Assembly: GCA_964016885.1 (NCBI GenBank)
Contig: OZ024742.1
Coordinates: 146,320,001-146,384,000, forward strand
DNA length: 64,000 nt
Origin: Eledone cirrhosa
Lineage: Eukaryota
Reading direction: 5' to 3'
The translations under genes were made by a program, and so were the position numbers. Below the pieces are notes generated by a model that was not told the origin of the DNA, ran no database searches, and worked only from the letters and a program-made list of their open reading frames with translations. Below are positions 12,477 through 25,554 of this stretch, one piece after another (position 1 is the stretch's first letter; each line of letters opens with the position of its first letter).

Positions 12477-13217
12477 ATATATATATACACACACATATAT
12501 ACATACACACATACACACACACACACATACACACACATGCACATATCATTAAGATTATTGGGGGAGAAGAGAAAACACGAACATCAGGAAAATTAACAAA
12601 GGGAAGATAAGACAATGAATGAAAACAAGGCAAAACGAAAAACAACTTTTTGAAAGGGGAATCCTTAAAAAATTATTTTTTGAAAATAAAAATACAAACG
12701 AAAGACACAGAATTCTAGAATCATCGGCCATTGAGATGGACTTTGGCAGTTTTGAACCCTACCAACTGTACTGCTGGTCCAACTGGTGACACAAACCAAA
12801 ACGCTGTCCAGTGGAGTAAGAGACAAGACAAAACAATAGCAATTAAGCTTCCCCTCAATAACTTGATTTACATTTAACAGGATATTTTACTTTCTTCTTC
12901 CCTTTTTTTCCATTTTATTTCCTTACTTTCCTTTCGTTTCACGAGACTCTTGTGCTATAAAAAGTAAAATACCTTTTCTTTGACATCACATAAATTCTGT
13001 TTACATGCTATGGCGACCTGCTCATTCTTCTCTATCTTTCTATTTCTTCTTTAATTTCGCATTCTATTTTCGGATAAGGACTAGTATTAAGTCTGTTTTC
13101 CTACTATATCAAGTGTAAAGCTAATATATTTCTTCACTGTACTGTGTTGTTTGCTTTGTTATTTTGTTATTGCCTTTTGTATATGTATACACACACACAC
13201 ACATATATATATATAAC

Positions 13218-14705
13218 AACGAATATAGTGAAGAGTTTAGCGTAAAAGTTGGCGTCCATCAGGGCTCTGTTCTCAGCTCCCTACTATTTATTATTGCCCT
13301 TCAGGCTATAACAGAGGAGTTCAAGACAGGCTGCCCATGGGAACTCCTATACGCAGACGACCTGACACTCATAGCGGAATCAATGGCCGAGCTAGAGAAG
13401 AAATTCCAAACATGGAAGCACGGCCTAGAGTCAAAAGGACTTAAAATTAACCTGGCTAAGACCAAAGTTCTAGTTTGTAGGAAAGAAAACAAGGCGGCGA
13501 TCCCTTCTGGGAAATGGTCGTGCTCGGTGTGTAGGAAAGGCGTAGGTAGAAACTCCATTTTATGTCCTAAATGCAAAGTATGGGTGCATAAAAGATGTAG
13601 TGGGATCACAGGTAAGCTAACTAAGAACATAGATTTTACATGTGGCCGGTGTTCTGGTGCAATAAGTAGCAGCAAGTGCCCACAAAATACTAGCTCTTTC
13701 AATTGCGCAGAGGGTTCTATAGAAATAGTGGACAGCTTCCGTTACCTGGGCGATAAAATCAGCAGTGGGGGAGGGTGCTCTGAAAGTACTGTAGCTAGAG
13801 TCAGAACTGGTTGGAAAAAGTTCAGAGAGCTTATACCACTATTAGCTGCTAAAGGGTTCTCCCTAAAAATGAAAGGCAGGTTGTACGATGCCTGCATACG
13901 AACAGCAATGCTGCATGGCAGTGAGACCTGGGCATTGTGTGCAGAGGATATACGCAGACTAGAGAGGAACGAAGCTTGCATGCTCCGCTGGATGTGTAAC
14001 AGTAATATACGTGAACGGCAAAGCATAAACGAACTAAGGAAAAAATTAGAGATAAGAGGGATCAGATGTTGTTTACTCGAGAGAAGGCTACGTTGGTATG
14101 GACACGTGATGCGCATGAAAGTCGATAGCTGTATAACAAAGTGCAAGGCAATAAAGATAGACGGTAGTCACGGAATAGGCAGACCTAGAAAAACCTGGGA
14201 CGAGCTGATAAACTCCGACATCACACACTTACACTTCTCCAAGACAATGTCACTGGACCGAGACCTTTGGCGGTACTCAGTAACAGAGAAGACCCGCCTT
14301 AGCTAAATATATAGTAAAACCTACTCCAGCCAGTAGGCATCTCTAACAAAATACACCCCGTCCCACCACCACCACCCCCACCCCATCCACACCACCCCGT
14401 TCTATGTAAAGTTATGTTGGTGCCGCGCCATCCAGGCCGAAACAAATGAGATCGTGTAGGTGTCACGACAAAAAAACACACAGTCCACGCTGTAATGTGA
14501 CCGTGTAGGCAACACGGTAAAAACCTCCCAGACCCACACTGTAAATGTGGTTGGTGTTAGGAAGGGCATCCAACTGTAGAAAACCTGCCAGACAGTCCTA
14601 TGCGAGCAAGACAATCACTCTTGCCTCAAGTGGGACTACCCCCGTCCAAACCCATGCAAGCGTGGAACACGGACGTTAAACGTTGATGATGATGATGATG
14701 ATGAT
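13218..14705 (+). mobile_element. RTE LINE family A, 5'-truncated, open RT C-terminal half plus ~400 bp 3' UTR
   Basis: Uninterrupted frame with GVHQGSVLS, ELLYADDL, FRYLGD, MLHGSETW and RLRWYGHVMR, stop at 14306. Inserted in (TA)n with a (GAT)n tail. Confidence 0.96.
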
Positions 14706-14764
14706 ATATATATATTATATATATTGGAAAATGTGTTAAATCCTTGGTTCAGTTAGGTATATTT

Positions 14765-14934
14765 AAAAAAAGGAAAAGAATAACTTCACTTCTATTTCTA
14801 AACAATTTAATTTTATAATATGATTGATTTTACAATTTGGTTTTGTAGATCTACAAAACCAAATTGTAAAATCATAATATTATAAAATGAAATTAAATTG
14901 CTTAGAACTACAAGTGAAGTAATTTTTTTCCTTT

Positions 14935-14935
<1 letters not shown>
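14765..14935. repeat. Foldback with a perfect 50-bp central palindrome (14825-14874)
   Basis: tgattttacaatttggttttgtaga|tctacaaaaccaaattgtaaaatca; the outer arms pair imperfectly. Confidence 0.8.
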
Positions 14936-14967
<32 letters not shown>

Positions 14968-15183
14968 TATGTATATATATGTATATATACATATATATAT
15001 ATGTATATATATATATGTATATACATATATATATATATAAAAGAAGTTAATATGCCCACAGGTACTAAGTACCCCTGGAAATATATAGGGTGTCTATGAC
15101 ACAATTGGAATAGGTAAATATTTAAATTCTATTTTTTTTATTTATTTTAAGGAATTGTTTAAATCTTGCTTGCTCCGCTTATC

Positions 15184-15230
<47 letters not shown>

Positions 15231-15252
15231 GTATATACATATATATATATAT

Positions 15253-15315
<63 letters not shown>

Positions 15316-15320
15316 CATAC

Positions 15321-15349
<29 letters not shown>

Positions 15350-15355
<6 letters not shown>

Positions 15356-16431
15356 ATATAAGATCAAAAGATAGTTAAAAGAGTTCCAAGTATTTTATTA
15401 TACGCATTTCAAAAACAAATATCATCATGGGATGATATCTGCGTTTTCATCAGATAAAATAGGGATACATGATATGAAGCTTAAAAAACACTTGTGTATA
15501 GTAAAGTTTTAAATCAACATATGAAAAATAATTTAAGATTGATGTGTGAGATTGGGAAAAATTGAGGCGGGGTTGGAAAAGGTAAGGAAGAGGAGGAGAG
15601 GAGAGAAAAGAATGGCGGGGGAGGAGTATAAGAAGGAAGGGTGAGAGAGGTGGAGAGATGGGTGATAGAGAGAGAGAGAGATAGGCTTTACAACTGAGAA
15701 AAAATATATATTGTTTCACAGAGAGAAGTTAATAGATAATTGGAAGATAATAGATAATTTAAAAGAATTTGAAATTAAAAGTTGATGAAGAGAAAAAGAG
15801 GTTAAGAATAATATTAAATTAAGGTTTGTATATTGAAGGGGTTAATAATATGTGCGAGGAAAAGAAATGATTAATATGTATTATTAAAATAAAAATATTA
15901 ATGTTATTAAGGATATAATGTGAAAAGAAGTAGAAGAATGGATGAGTTATGAATTTAGAGGAATTAGTTAGTGTTTAAGTTTGTTTTTATGTAATGTAAT
16001 ATGTGTGCGTAATATCTGTACGTAAATAGTTTGTTTAAAAATGAGCGCAGAAAGCAAAGAAGAAAAGAATGTTTAAGGAAGAAAATATCTAACATCAAAA
16101 AATATATATGTTTACGAAATATTTTCTAATGGTAATAATATAATATATTAAAAGAAATTAGTTAGGGTTTAAGTTTGTTTTTATGTATTGTAATATGTAA
16201 AAGTCAAACGAGCATGAAAGGAAGAGATAAGGAATTTAAGGAAGAAAAATCTAACGTCAAAAAAATCATCCCATGATGATATTTGTTTTTGAAATGCGCA
16301 TAATAAAATACTTGGAACTCTTTTAACCATCTTTTGATTTTATATTATTCATACTTCAATGCTACAAAATGTAGAGTCCTACTTATCCGATATTTGCATT
16401 GCTTTATTGTGCTACAATAAAACTCACCTCC

Positions 16432-16436
<5 letters not shown>
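15350..16436 (+). mobile_element. PLE remnant with ~80 bp inverted ends (15357-15437 / 16265-16347) and tail
   Basis: The arms are reverse complements and carry a degenerate hammerhead (atgatga...GAAA-tgcgca-TA). The tail has acttc...tagagtcct. Same family as 29068-29177. Confidence 0.7.
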
Positions 16437-16487
<51 letters not shown>

Positions 16488-16492
<5 letters not shown>

Positions 16493-16666
16493 ATAGTAAT
16501 AAATTTGAAGACTAAAATCCAAAGAGGGCTCGATAAGGATAAATATATATCAAATATATAAGAACCGTACAGCAAATATTTATTAAAATAACAGATTAAA
16601 GTTTAAGCAAAGAATCGCTGCTTTCACCCTTAACGGTGAAGATCCAATCTGTTATTTTAATAAATA
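16488..16666 (-). mobile_element. Short PLE-end foldback plus tail
   Basis: tatttattaaaataacagatt pairs with aatctgttattttaataaata; homologous to 11690-11822 and 28415-28490. Confidence 0.75.
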
Positions 16667-16679
16667 TATATATATATAG

Positions 16680-16790
16680 ATGAGATTCTACAGGACTAGA
16701 ACTTTTTCATTCTTTAGAAATCATCAGGAATCTCAGAGATTCCTGATGATTTCTAAAGAATGAAAAAGTTCTAGTCCTGTAGAATCTCAT
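16680..16790. ncRNA. Perfect 111-bp palindrome encoding a hammerhead on each strand
   Basis: Centre at 16735. Plus copy 16736-16788: gagattc-CTGATGA-tttctaaagaat-GAAA-aagttctagtcctg-TA-gaatctc, with imperfect stem III. The tail actctg...gagtacc follows at ~16809. Confidence 0.8.
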
Positions 16791-16870
16791 GTATATTAAA
16801 ACTTTTATACTCTGCTATGTATTGAGTACCTTACTTACTGTGGTTACCTCGGATTCAACCCGGAATAACG

Positions 16871-16912
<42 letters not shown>

Positions 16913-16935
16913 TATATACATATATATATGTATTT

Positions 16936-16973
<38 letters not shown>

Positions 16974-17103
16974 CATACATATATATATACATACATATAT
17001 ATATATGTCTGTAAAAGGTAAACAGAAATATAACAACACAAGCGGTACAGTATATATATGGAAGGTATATATTGGGTTAACGCTTGATATAGCAGGAAGA
17101 GGG

Positions 17104-17139
17104 TCTTAACGTTTCCGACGGTAGTCCTTTATCAGAAGA
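17104..17139 (-). ncRNA. Minimal hammerhead with G8A substitution
   Basis: tctt-CTGATAA-aggactaccgtcg-GAAA-cg-TT-aaga on the minus strand. The downstream flank resembles 13090-13160. Confidence 0.6.
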
Positions 17140-17327
17140 AAGGATGAGAAATAAAATAGATTGAGGGGACAGGCAGGGTGGAATTGGAAAAAATGTATTT
17201 AGATAAAAATAACAGGTCCATTCATGTTGACATCTCTTGATATATATGTATACTTATATATACATATATACATATACATATATATATGTATATACATATA
17301 TATATACATATATATGTATATACATAC

Positions 17328-17360
<33 letters not shown>

Positions 17361-17411
17361 GGAAAAAATGAAATTTCATTTGTCACTCTTAGTACGGCTG
17401 ATACTTAAATA

Positions 17412-17664
17412 TAAGTATGTATACGTACATACATATATGTATACAGACGTACAGTAGTATGTATAATCATACATACATGTACACATATATATATATGTAC
17501 GTATGGGTTAACCGAACATTTATTATTGTTTACAAACAAACCGAACATCATAATAAATGTTTGGTAAACCCATACGTACATATATATATATGTGTACATG
17601 TATGTATGATTATACATACTACTGTACGTCTGTATACATATATGTATGTACGTATACATACTTA
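17412..17664. repeat. ~250 bp foldback related to the 38.3-38.7 kb PLE end
   Basis: Arms 17412-17526 and 17550-17664. tttacaaacaaaccgaacat...aacccata matches 38452-38470 and 38600. Confidence 0.8.
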
Positions 17665-17667
17665 CAT

Positions 17668-17709
<42 letters not shown>

Positions 17710-17749
17710 AGGCAACATGAATTCTAGATTGTATATCTTTAATTACATG

Positions 17750-17848
17750 AAACCATGATACGTATTTCTGTTGTGAGACAGAGTATCATAATGTAGCCAC
17801 ATTATGATACTATGATGCAATCCATGTCTCACATTCATCAGATTGCTC
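17750..17848 (-). ncRNA. Type-I hammerhead with long stem II
   Basis: gagcaat-CTGATGA-a tgtgagaca...agtatcataatgt ggct acattatgatact c tgtctcaca aca-GAAA-tacgta-TC-atggttt. Confidence 0.8.
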
Positions 17849-17854
17849 AAATAG

Positions 17855-18533
17855 GGTGTTTCTGGCTGGGTTTCTACTGCTGGATGCCCTTCCTAACGCC
17901 AACCCAATTTACAGTGTGGGCTGGTACTTTTTGCCGTGTCTTTTACATGTCCACTCTATAGTGTGGGCTGGGTCCCTTTTGCCGTGTCTTTTACACATCC
18001 ACTTTACATTGTGGGCTGGGTGCTTTTTGCTGTGTCTTTTACACGTCCACTTTACAGTGTGGGCTGGGGGAGAGGGTTGGGGGTGTTGTGGGCGGAGTAT
18101 ACTGTACAAGTGTTTCAGCTTGTGCTCATGGGAAGTCGGGTCTTCTGTATTACCGCATATCGCCAGAGATCCCAGTCATGTGTCATCTCCTCTGAGAGGT
18201 GCAATTGGGGAAGGTCGGCTTTTATCACCTCATCCCAGGTCTTCCTGGATCTCCCCACTCCAAGGCTTCCAACGATTTTGAGTGCTCTGCACTTTTTTTA
18301 TGCAGTTGTCATCCTTCATACGCAACACATGTTCGTACCAATGCAATCTCCTCTCCTGCACACAGCATTTGATTCCTTTTATGCCTAGTTTCTGTCTCAG
18401 TTCATTTAGGATTTGCCGTTCTCGCATGCAGGCTTCATTTCTTTCCAATCTATACAAGTCTTCTGCACACAGCGCCCAAGTCTCACTACCATGTAACATA
18501 GCTGTACGTACGCACATATTGTATAGTCTGCCT
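17855..18533 (-). mobile_element. Diverged RTE family A 3' fragment with UTR
   Basis: AMLHGSETWALCAEDLYRLERNEACM...RRLHWYEHVLR. The UTR contains ~45-bp tandem units (17910-18065). Confidence 0.88.
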
Positions 18534-18559
18534 TACACACATATATATATATATATATA

Positions 18560-19179
18560 TAACGAAGGAAATGTGGTAAGGAACCAGGTGGACCACAACG
18601 CACCAAAGTACTCAATACTTAGGGTAGTAGAGTGGGTAATAGGAACGAGTAGGACCCCGACGGCTGAGCTCAAGCCGTTTCGACGGCTAATTCTGGACTA
18701 AATGAAAATTTTTATCCTGGTATTTGAATAGCCGAGCTTCTCAGGGGGTAATTCCATATATGGTAAAAGTGATTGTCACAAGGATTGGTCAAAAGTTTGT
18801 TGTTGAGACATAATAATTCTATCATGGCAATTTGTGGAGGGAAGGGGTAGCTGAACCTGCCAGTAGAAGAAAGGGGGAGAGGGGGTGGAAGAAACCCAGT
18901 CGTGCGTTGATAGTGCCAACTACGGCTGGGTAGGAGGTCAAAGAAGATACTAGGGGGGGGGGGTTCAGCTACCCCTTCCCTCCACAAATTGCCATGATAG
19001 AATTATTATGTCTCAACAACAAACTTTTGACCAATCCTTGTGACAATCACTTTTACCATATATGGAATTACCCCTGAGAAGCTCGGCTATTCAAATACCA
19101 GGATAAAAATTTTCATTTAGTCCAGAATTAGCCGTCGAAATGGCTTGAGCTCAGCCGTCGGGGTCCTACTCGTTCCTAT
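18560..19179 (-). mobile_element. PLE-end foldback: ~218 bp arms (18639-18857 / 18962-19179) plus tail
   Basis: Near-identical inverted arms around a 104-bp spacer, flanked by (TA)n. The minus-strand tail has actct...gagtact. Confidence 0.85.
18654..18749 (-). ncRNA. Hammerhead-like fold with full stem III (second copy on + strand at 19070-19164)
   Basis: acccc-CTGAGAA-gctcggcta...tagccgtc-GAAA-cggct tgagctc agccg-TC-ggggt. GUC site; the 5' core deviates by 1 nt from CUGANGA. Confidence 0.65.
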
Positions 19180-19263
<84 letters not shown>

Positions 19264-21586
19264 ATGTGTGTGTGTATGTATGTATATAGTGTACTTATTC
19301 TTAGCCAGATACACATTTTGTTGGAAATATATAAATATATAGACAATAATACCTGACTATCAACATACATCTGGCAGCTAAAAATAAAATTTAACAATTT
19401 AACATCTTGTAAAATATCTTATGAAAGACGAAGCTACATAATAAGTGTTATAACAGAGTGAAGGATTATATTGTGGAATGTTTGGAATAGTAGTGGAATG
19501 TAAAGTACAACATTGTTAATGCTAGAGCAAGGTAAAAGTTAACTGCTTGCAGGAGAGGATGAAATGAGAGCAAAGTAACAACCTATAGTTGTTGGTCACA
19601 ACTAAAAGAATGAAAACTAGCATGTCTTCTCTTAAGAAGCCAAAGCATACACAGAAATAGAACTGAAAGAAAAGTGTATATGTATAGAAAAAGACAATAG
19701 CAGATCTCTATACAATAGGACTATTGTAGATGTGTATAGATGACTATAGTAGATGTCAACAATGATAAGTCATGCTGCTTTGTGCAATATCACATCTTAA
19801 CAACAACACTTGTTAGTATAGTATCAATCTCAGTCACTGATTGTTTAGAAATGTAATGATGAAGTAGGTATGCTAGCTGATTAGTTTGAAAGGTGATGTC
19901 AGAGATATGTCTGTTGAAATGGTTGGTACTAGAAAGTTGTTGAGCAAAGCAAACTGTCAATTTATGAATCTACATTTCAGTCATTGGGTTACTATAAATA
20001 TAACATAAGATATTTGCTATGCAGCTAATACAGTCTTCAATAATCATCTTCTATAGTCTATGTCTATACTTCTACTATAGATTTGTTGCACATATCTTAT
20101 AGATTATGCATAGTAATCCAGCAACTGAAACCTGGCTCCCTAAATTTTGAACCAATCAACTGGTGAAACAACTGTTCCTCTTCCCAGATGCACTTCCACC
20201 AACAGATATTTCTGAAGTCTCCTTGATTCTTGTTCAGATCAATCAACTGGCACAACAGCCAGTTGATCTACTCAAATACACTACTATCAACAGAAATAAT
20301 TTTATCAGCATATTTTGGATTAACCAGCGAGTGTATTTACTTCATCAACTGTCATTCTTATCGCTTCCCTATTCAGACAGTTGATCCACTAAGATACACT
20401 GACATCAACAGATATACCTTTATCATCATATTTTGAACCAACCAGCTAAAGCAGCTATTTCATCATTAGGCATACTTAAGTAACCACACTTCTGGGTTCA
20501 TCACTAAGGAGCGAGTAGGATACTAAAAGGCACTGTACTTCCTTACTCTACATTTCAATGGTTCACTCTCAGTCAATATAATATATCAGAGCGAAATACC
20601 AACCAGTAGAGAATGTAAATAAAACCATTTTTAAATGCTATTTTGTAGTTTTGGTTTATCATGGACTGAATTTTGAAATTCTGTACATGGACTATAGTAG
20701 ATATGTTTATAATACTATAGCATATGCCTATAAACAACATTTACATATATATATATATATGAAATCCTTGGATTTCACCAAATTCTGTGGATGAATCTAT
20801 ATCCTGATTCTTTTTGAATTGAGTTTGAATTATTTTCCCACATCTTACGTTAACTATTTTTCCATTTTGACGCTATAGTCACTTATATATTATGGAATAC
20901 TGTTGGCTTCTTGCTACAATAATTTCTATACTTTTCATTTATATATATATGATATATATATATATATACATGAAAGATGTACAAATGTTGAAACAGTGCA
21001 TTCTTAAAACTTACGGGCAACTCTGCAATATATTCACAAAGAAAAATAGAGATAAATAAATCTATTCATTAAGAAAAAATATTTTTCTTCAGCATTGAGG
21101 TTACCCATATGTTTATTGTATATAAACTTATTATATATGTTTTTATATACCTCTCTATTATACTTAAATTAAATATAACTAGCCAAGCTCACCCTACATG
21201 CAAATGACCATCCCCAGCTGATGTGTTCTATTTGCTATACACAAATGAGAATTTCCAGCAAGTGATCATCAAGAAAATTTTTATATAGAATGTAGTCTAT
21301 TCCATGTCATTATGTTTTGAGTAAATGTCACTGATGAAAGATTAACAAATCTTGAAACAGTGCTGTATGACATTCTCAGAATGTACTGGCAACTCTGTAA
21401 TATATTCACATTGGAAAACAGAGAAAAAAAAATGTTGTTAAAAAAAATCTTTTTCTTTGGCAGAGAGATTACCATGTGTTTATTGCATATAAACGTAATA
21501 TATATGTTTCTATATATTTTCATATACACCTCTATTATGCTTAAACACTGTCTTAGTGCTACTGCCAATTTTATATAATAAATATT

Positions 21587-21641
<55 letters not shown>

Positions 21642-21775
21642 ATATTAATATGGTTCATTGATTACTCAATGAATATACTTTTACAATAGATTAAAAGCAC
21701 TCTACAGACACGTTTTCTGGAGCTATTATTATTCAGAATAATAATAAATGAAGACATTCACATAATCAAAATATA

Positions 21776-21840
21776 TGTTTTATTATATATATTTCGAAGG
21801 TACTGCGCTGTTTTTCAGTACGTCCTCGTCAGATAAAACA
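21776..21840 (-). ncRNA. Type-I minimal hammerhead, intact core
   Basis: tgttttat-CTGACGA-ggacgtactg aaaaacagcg cagtaccttc-GAAA-tatata-TA-ataaaaca, with a perfect 8-bp stem I. Confidence 0.9.
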
Positions 21841-23049
21841 CATGAATTGATGTATGACATACCTCAACTGTTTTGATAGTTCAATTCCAGTATTGGCAGT
21901 GATTTATTACAACAAATCTCAACATTTATATACCACAAATAATAACATGATATATTTAAATTTAAAGAAGAAGAGGATGGGGAGTGAAATGTGGGTATAT
22001 GGAGGGGGTGAATATGGGGAAATGCAATAAAATAAATAAACACATACATACATAAATATTTAAATGAGTAAATAAATATATAAATGAAAAAACGAAAAAG
22101 GAGGAGAGAGAGAAGAGAGAATAAGAAAGAAGAAATAATGGCAAAAAAGAAAGAAAGGAAGAAAGAAATGATGCGAATATGTATAGAGACCGTTGTTTTC
22201 GAATATTAAGTAAAATTGAGGCGACCAATTAGATAACATGACATTTTAATTTTTTTTTGTATTTCGGTTATGTTTAAGCTAATTATACTTATATATTATA
22301 TCAAAATTAACCAATAAAAAAAGAAAAACTTTCTTCTATAGCCAACAGATACATAGTTTAATTAAGTAGTATATTCATTAAATATTTTGTTATAATATTT
22401 AGAAATATTTTTATCTTTAAAGCATATTTAAATAGTTATTAAATATGTATAAATATATGTATTAAAACATATGTGTATATTACCATTAGTATATATATTA
22501 AATAAAATATTATATTAAGATCTTTTATTATCTGAATTATTCTATTTTCTTTATAAAAACATTTCAATTCATTGATTATCATTTCATTACAGGATTAATT
22601 TATAGTTATATTTAATCTCAAAAGTTTTATTATTTCTAATTTACTTCAATAATTATTTATTATATATAGTTTCCCTTTAAGGATTACCATAAATTATTAG
22701 ACTGATATAAATCATGTTAAATATACTTTAGCAAGCTATTCAGACAGAACAAAATTATTTACGAAGAATGTAAACAAAGGAAGATAACTCATTCATCCTA
22801 TGTGAACATTTAAAACATTTAAGTATTTTGAAAAACAAAAAGATATTTCAAAACGCATATCAAGGAATTTCAAGTTAAACAATGACCTTACCAAATGCAA
22901 ACATAGGATATTGAGACATATCATGAGATTAATTTACCAGATAAAAGCGGCAAACAATTTTTACTGGCAAGGCAAAACGTTATATATATAATTTTTTAAG
23001 AATTATTAATAGACAATATTTTTTCGAAATTTGTGTAATGTTTGAAACG

Positions 23050-23870
23050 TTCTTCCAGACTTATGTTGACAGCTACTAAATAATTCATTTTTCGTATTAA
23101 TTAAATTACCATAATTTGTAATTATCAAAAGAGTCCCTAAATCGCAAAGATTGCAATTTGGTGAAATGGATGCGTTTCGGTAGGAATCAGAATTTTTTTA
23201 ACTTACTCCAAGAAATTGAATATTTGATATTCTTTTCTTCCAAAGACCATATTAATTGTGATAGTGATGTGGAAATTTTTTTATCTGGATTAGAAAAAGA
23301 ATGTTTATGATTGTAAAAACGAAACTTAAACTTAGATGAAGTGGCACCAATGTAGTTATATGTATTATTATTATTAGTTTTAATGGTACATTTATACACT
23401 AGATTCTTGTCTAGGCAATTATTTTGTAAAGGGCATTCTGATTTCCTTCTACAGTTACAATTCATTTCGATGTTATTTCTATTTGTATTATTACTATTAT
23501 TTATAGGTGTTCTACTATTATTCATATTTAAACTATTATTATTGTTATTCCAATTAACTAATGTATTATTAATATTATTATTATTGTTATTATCGCTAAT
23601 TCTATGTTGGTTCAAATTAAGATTTTTACTATTTATTTTTGCTATATTATGAGCAATATTCATAGTTGTTGAATAAGAGAGTTTAATTGTGTGTCTATTG
23701 AAGATAGAGTAATACTGATATGATCTAGGGAAACATTTATCCAAGGCTTTAAAGAATAAATGGGCTAAAGATGTTTTAATAGCTAAAGTTTCTGGCGGAG
23801 CATACCAAATTATAGATCTAGTCCTTACTTTTTTCCCCAATTTATTCCTCAAGTTGTTGTTTTTACAGTC
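23050..23870 (-). pseudogene. PLE linker plus GIY-YIG endonuclease
   Basis: RTRSIIWYAPP...IFNRHTIKLSYS...CNCRRKSECPLQNNCLDKNLVYKC...YNYIGATSSKFKFRFYNHKHSF. The C-terminal CNLC is in a shifted frame. Confidence 0.9.
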
Positions 23871-23874
23871 AATT

Positions 23875-24206
23875 CTTCCCAGCATTTTGTTGAAAGATGG
23901 GTGAGAGAAGCAAGAATGGCCCGAGTGAATGGGCCTACTCTGAGTATATATCTGTAAATTAAAGGTGGAAAACTGGGAGAGGGCACTTGCCTTGGTGGTC
24001 AGGGTCATTGTGACTTTTTACTGGGCTTTCTCCACAAATGTCCCTCCGAAGTCTCCCCCCCTATTGGGGAATTTTTCATTGTTATTTTTTGTTACATCCT
24101 CTGTTTTTGTTTTTTACACGCAGAAATGCCCATTTGTACCGTCCTGTATTGTCCTGCACTGTCCTTAATGTCTACTTTATGTAAACCCTTGTGGTTAATA
24201 AAGAAA

Positions 24207-24255
<49 letters not shown>
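23875..24255 (+). mobile_element. Tx1/L1-like LINE 3' end inserted antisense inside the PLE
   Basis: FVERWVREARMARVNGPTLSIYL*, then UTR, aataaa and an (ATT)n tail. Same family as 40426-41440. Confidence 0.75.
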
Positions 24256-24299
24256 GAATACTGCGATTATAATTAATTTTTATATCCTGCTTTATGTAA

Positions 24300-25080
24300 C
24301 GCTTCATTATAATATACAATTTTTACCGGCAAATATGGATCTATTAGCGGATAGTCTGGTTATTCGTTGTTGGACACTGTTGACTATTGCATTTTTGCCA
24401 CTTTTAGGATGATTAGAGTAAAAACTAACATAATTTATGTTTTCATTGAGGGATGCCTGCGTTCAAATTAAGAGTTACATCTAAAAAATTAACTATTTTA
24501 TTGTTATTTTCAACTTCTAATTTCAGGTCATAATTTTTAAAGAATTCTATAATTATTTTCTTTACTCTATTTAATTCGCTATTATTATGTCTATCTACAG
24601 TAAATAATATGTCGTCTCTATATAAACCACCGGTAATCTCCGGCAGTTTTCTATTTATCATATTAAGGATGAAAATTCCCACAAGATCGGTAACTTGCGC
24701 CGAATCGGACGAGCCCATAGTAATGTCAAAATTCTTTGCCTATCAGATATAATCCAAAAATCACTGTTAAAATCAATCAAGGTTCGCCTTGCCCTTAATA
24801 TGATATTTATCTCGTCACTAGATAGATATGTGTGTTTATATGCATATGAAAGTGCCTTATTTAGTAAGTTAGGAGTTATTGAAGAATAATAACTCGCTAT
24901 GTCCATTTGAATGAATTTATGATTTTTCTTATTTTCGATATTATTGAACCAATCTATGACTTCATTAGTGCCCTTCCATAGCTTAAGTTAAGCCTTGACT
25001 TCAATTTTAACATTGGCAAAATCCTATCTATTATGTTTTTACTAATTATTCCAAGATCTGATTTCGAAGGTGCAATAAGT
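24300..25080 (-). pseudogene. PLE reverse transcriptase remnant (frameshifted)
   Basis: MDIASYYSSI, MGSSDSAQVTDLVG, GGLYRDDIL and VNFLDVTLNL. The LYRDD signature suggests a Nematis-like clade (inference). Confidence 0.9.
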
Positions 25081-25554
25081 AATTTATTGGTTAATTTTGA
25101 TATAATATATAAGTATAATTAGCTTAAACATAACCGAAATACAAAAGTTATTAAAAATTTAATTTTATCTAATTGGTCGCCCCAATTTGACTTAATATTC
25201 GAAAACAACGATCTCTATACATATTCGCATCCTTTCTTTCTTTTTTGTCGTTATTTCTTCTTTCTTATTATCTCTTCTCTCTCTCTGCTCCTTTTTCTTT
25301 TTTTCTTTTTATATATTTATTTACTCATTTAAATATTTATGTATGTATGTGTTTATTTATTTTCTTATTGCATTTCCCCATATTCACACCCTCCATATAC
25401 CCATATTTCACTCCTCATCCTCTTCTTCTTTAAATTTAAGTATATCATGTTATTATTTGTGGTATATAAATGTTGAGATTTGTTGTAATAAATCATTGCC
25501 AATACTGGAATTGAACTATCAAGACAGTTGAGGTATGACATACATCAATTCATG

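Noticed and set aside
23187-24008. 273-aa ORF as a single gene
   Set aside because: Chance fusion of an antisense Tx1-like insert with the PLE GIY-YIG frame.
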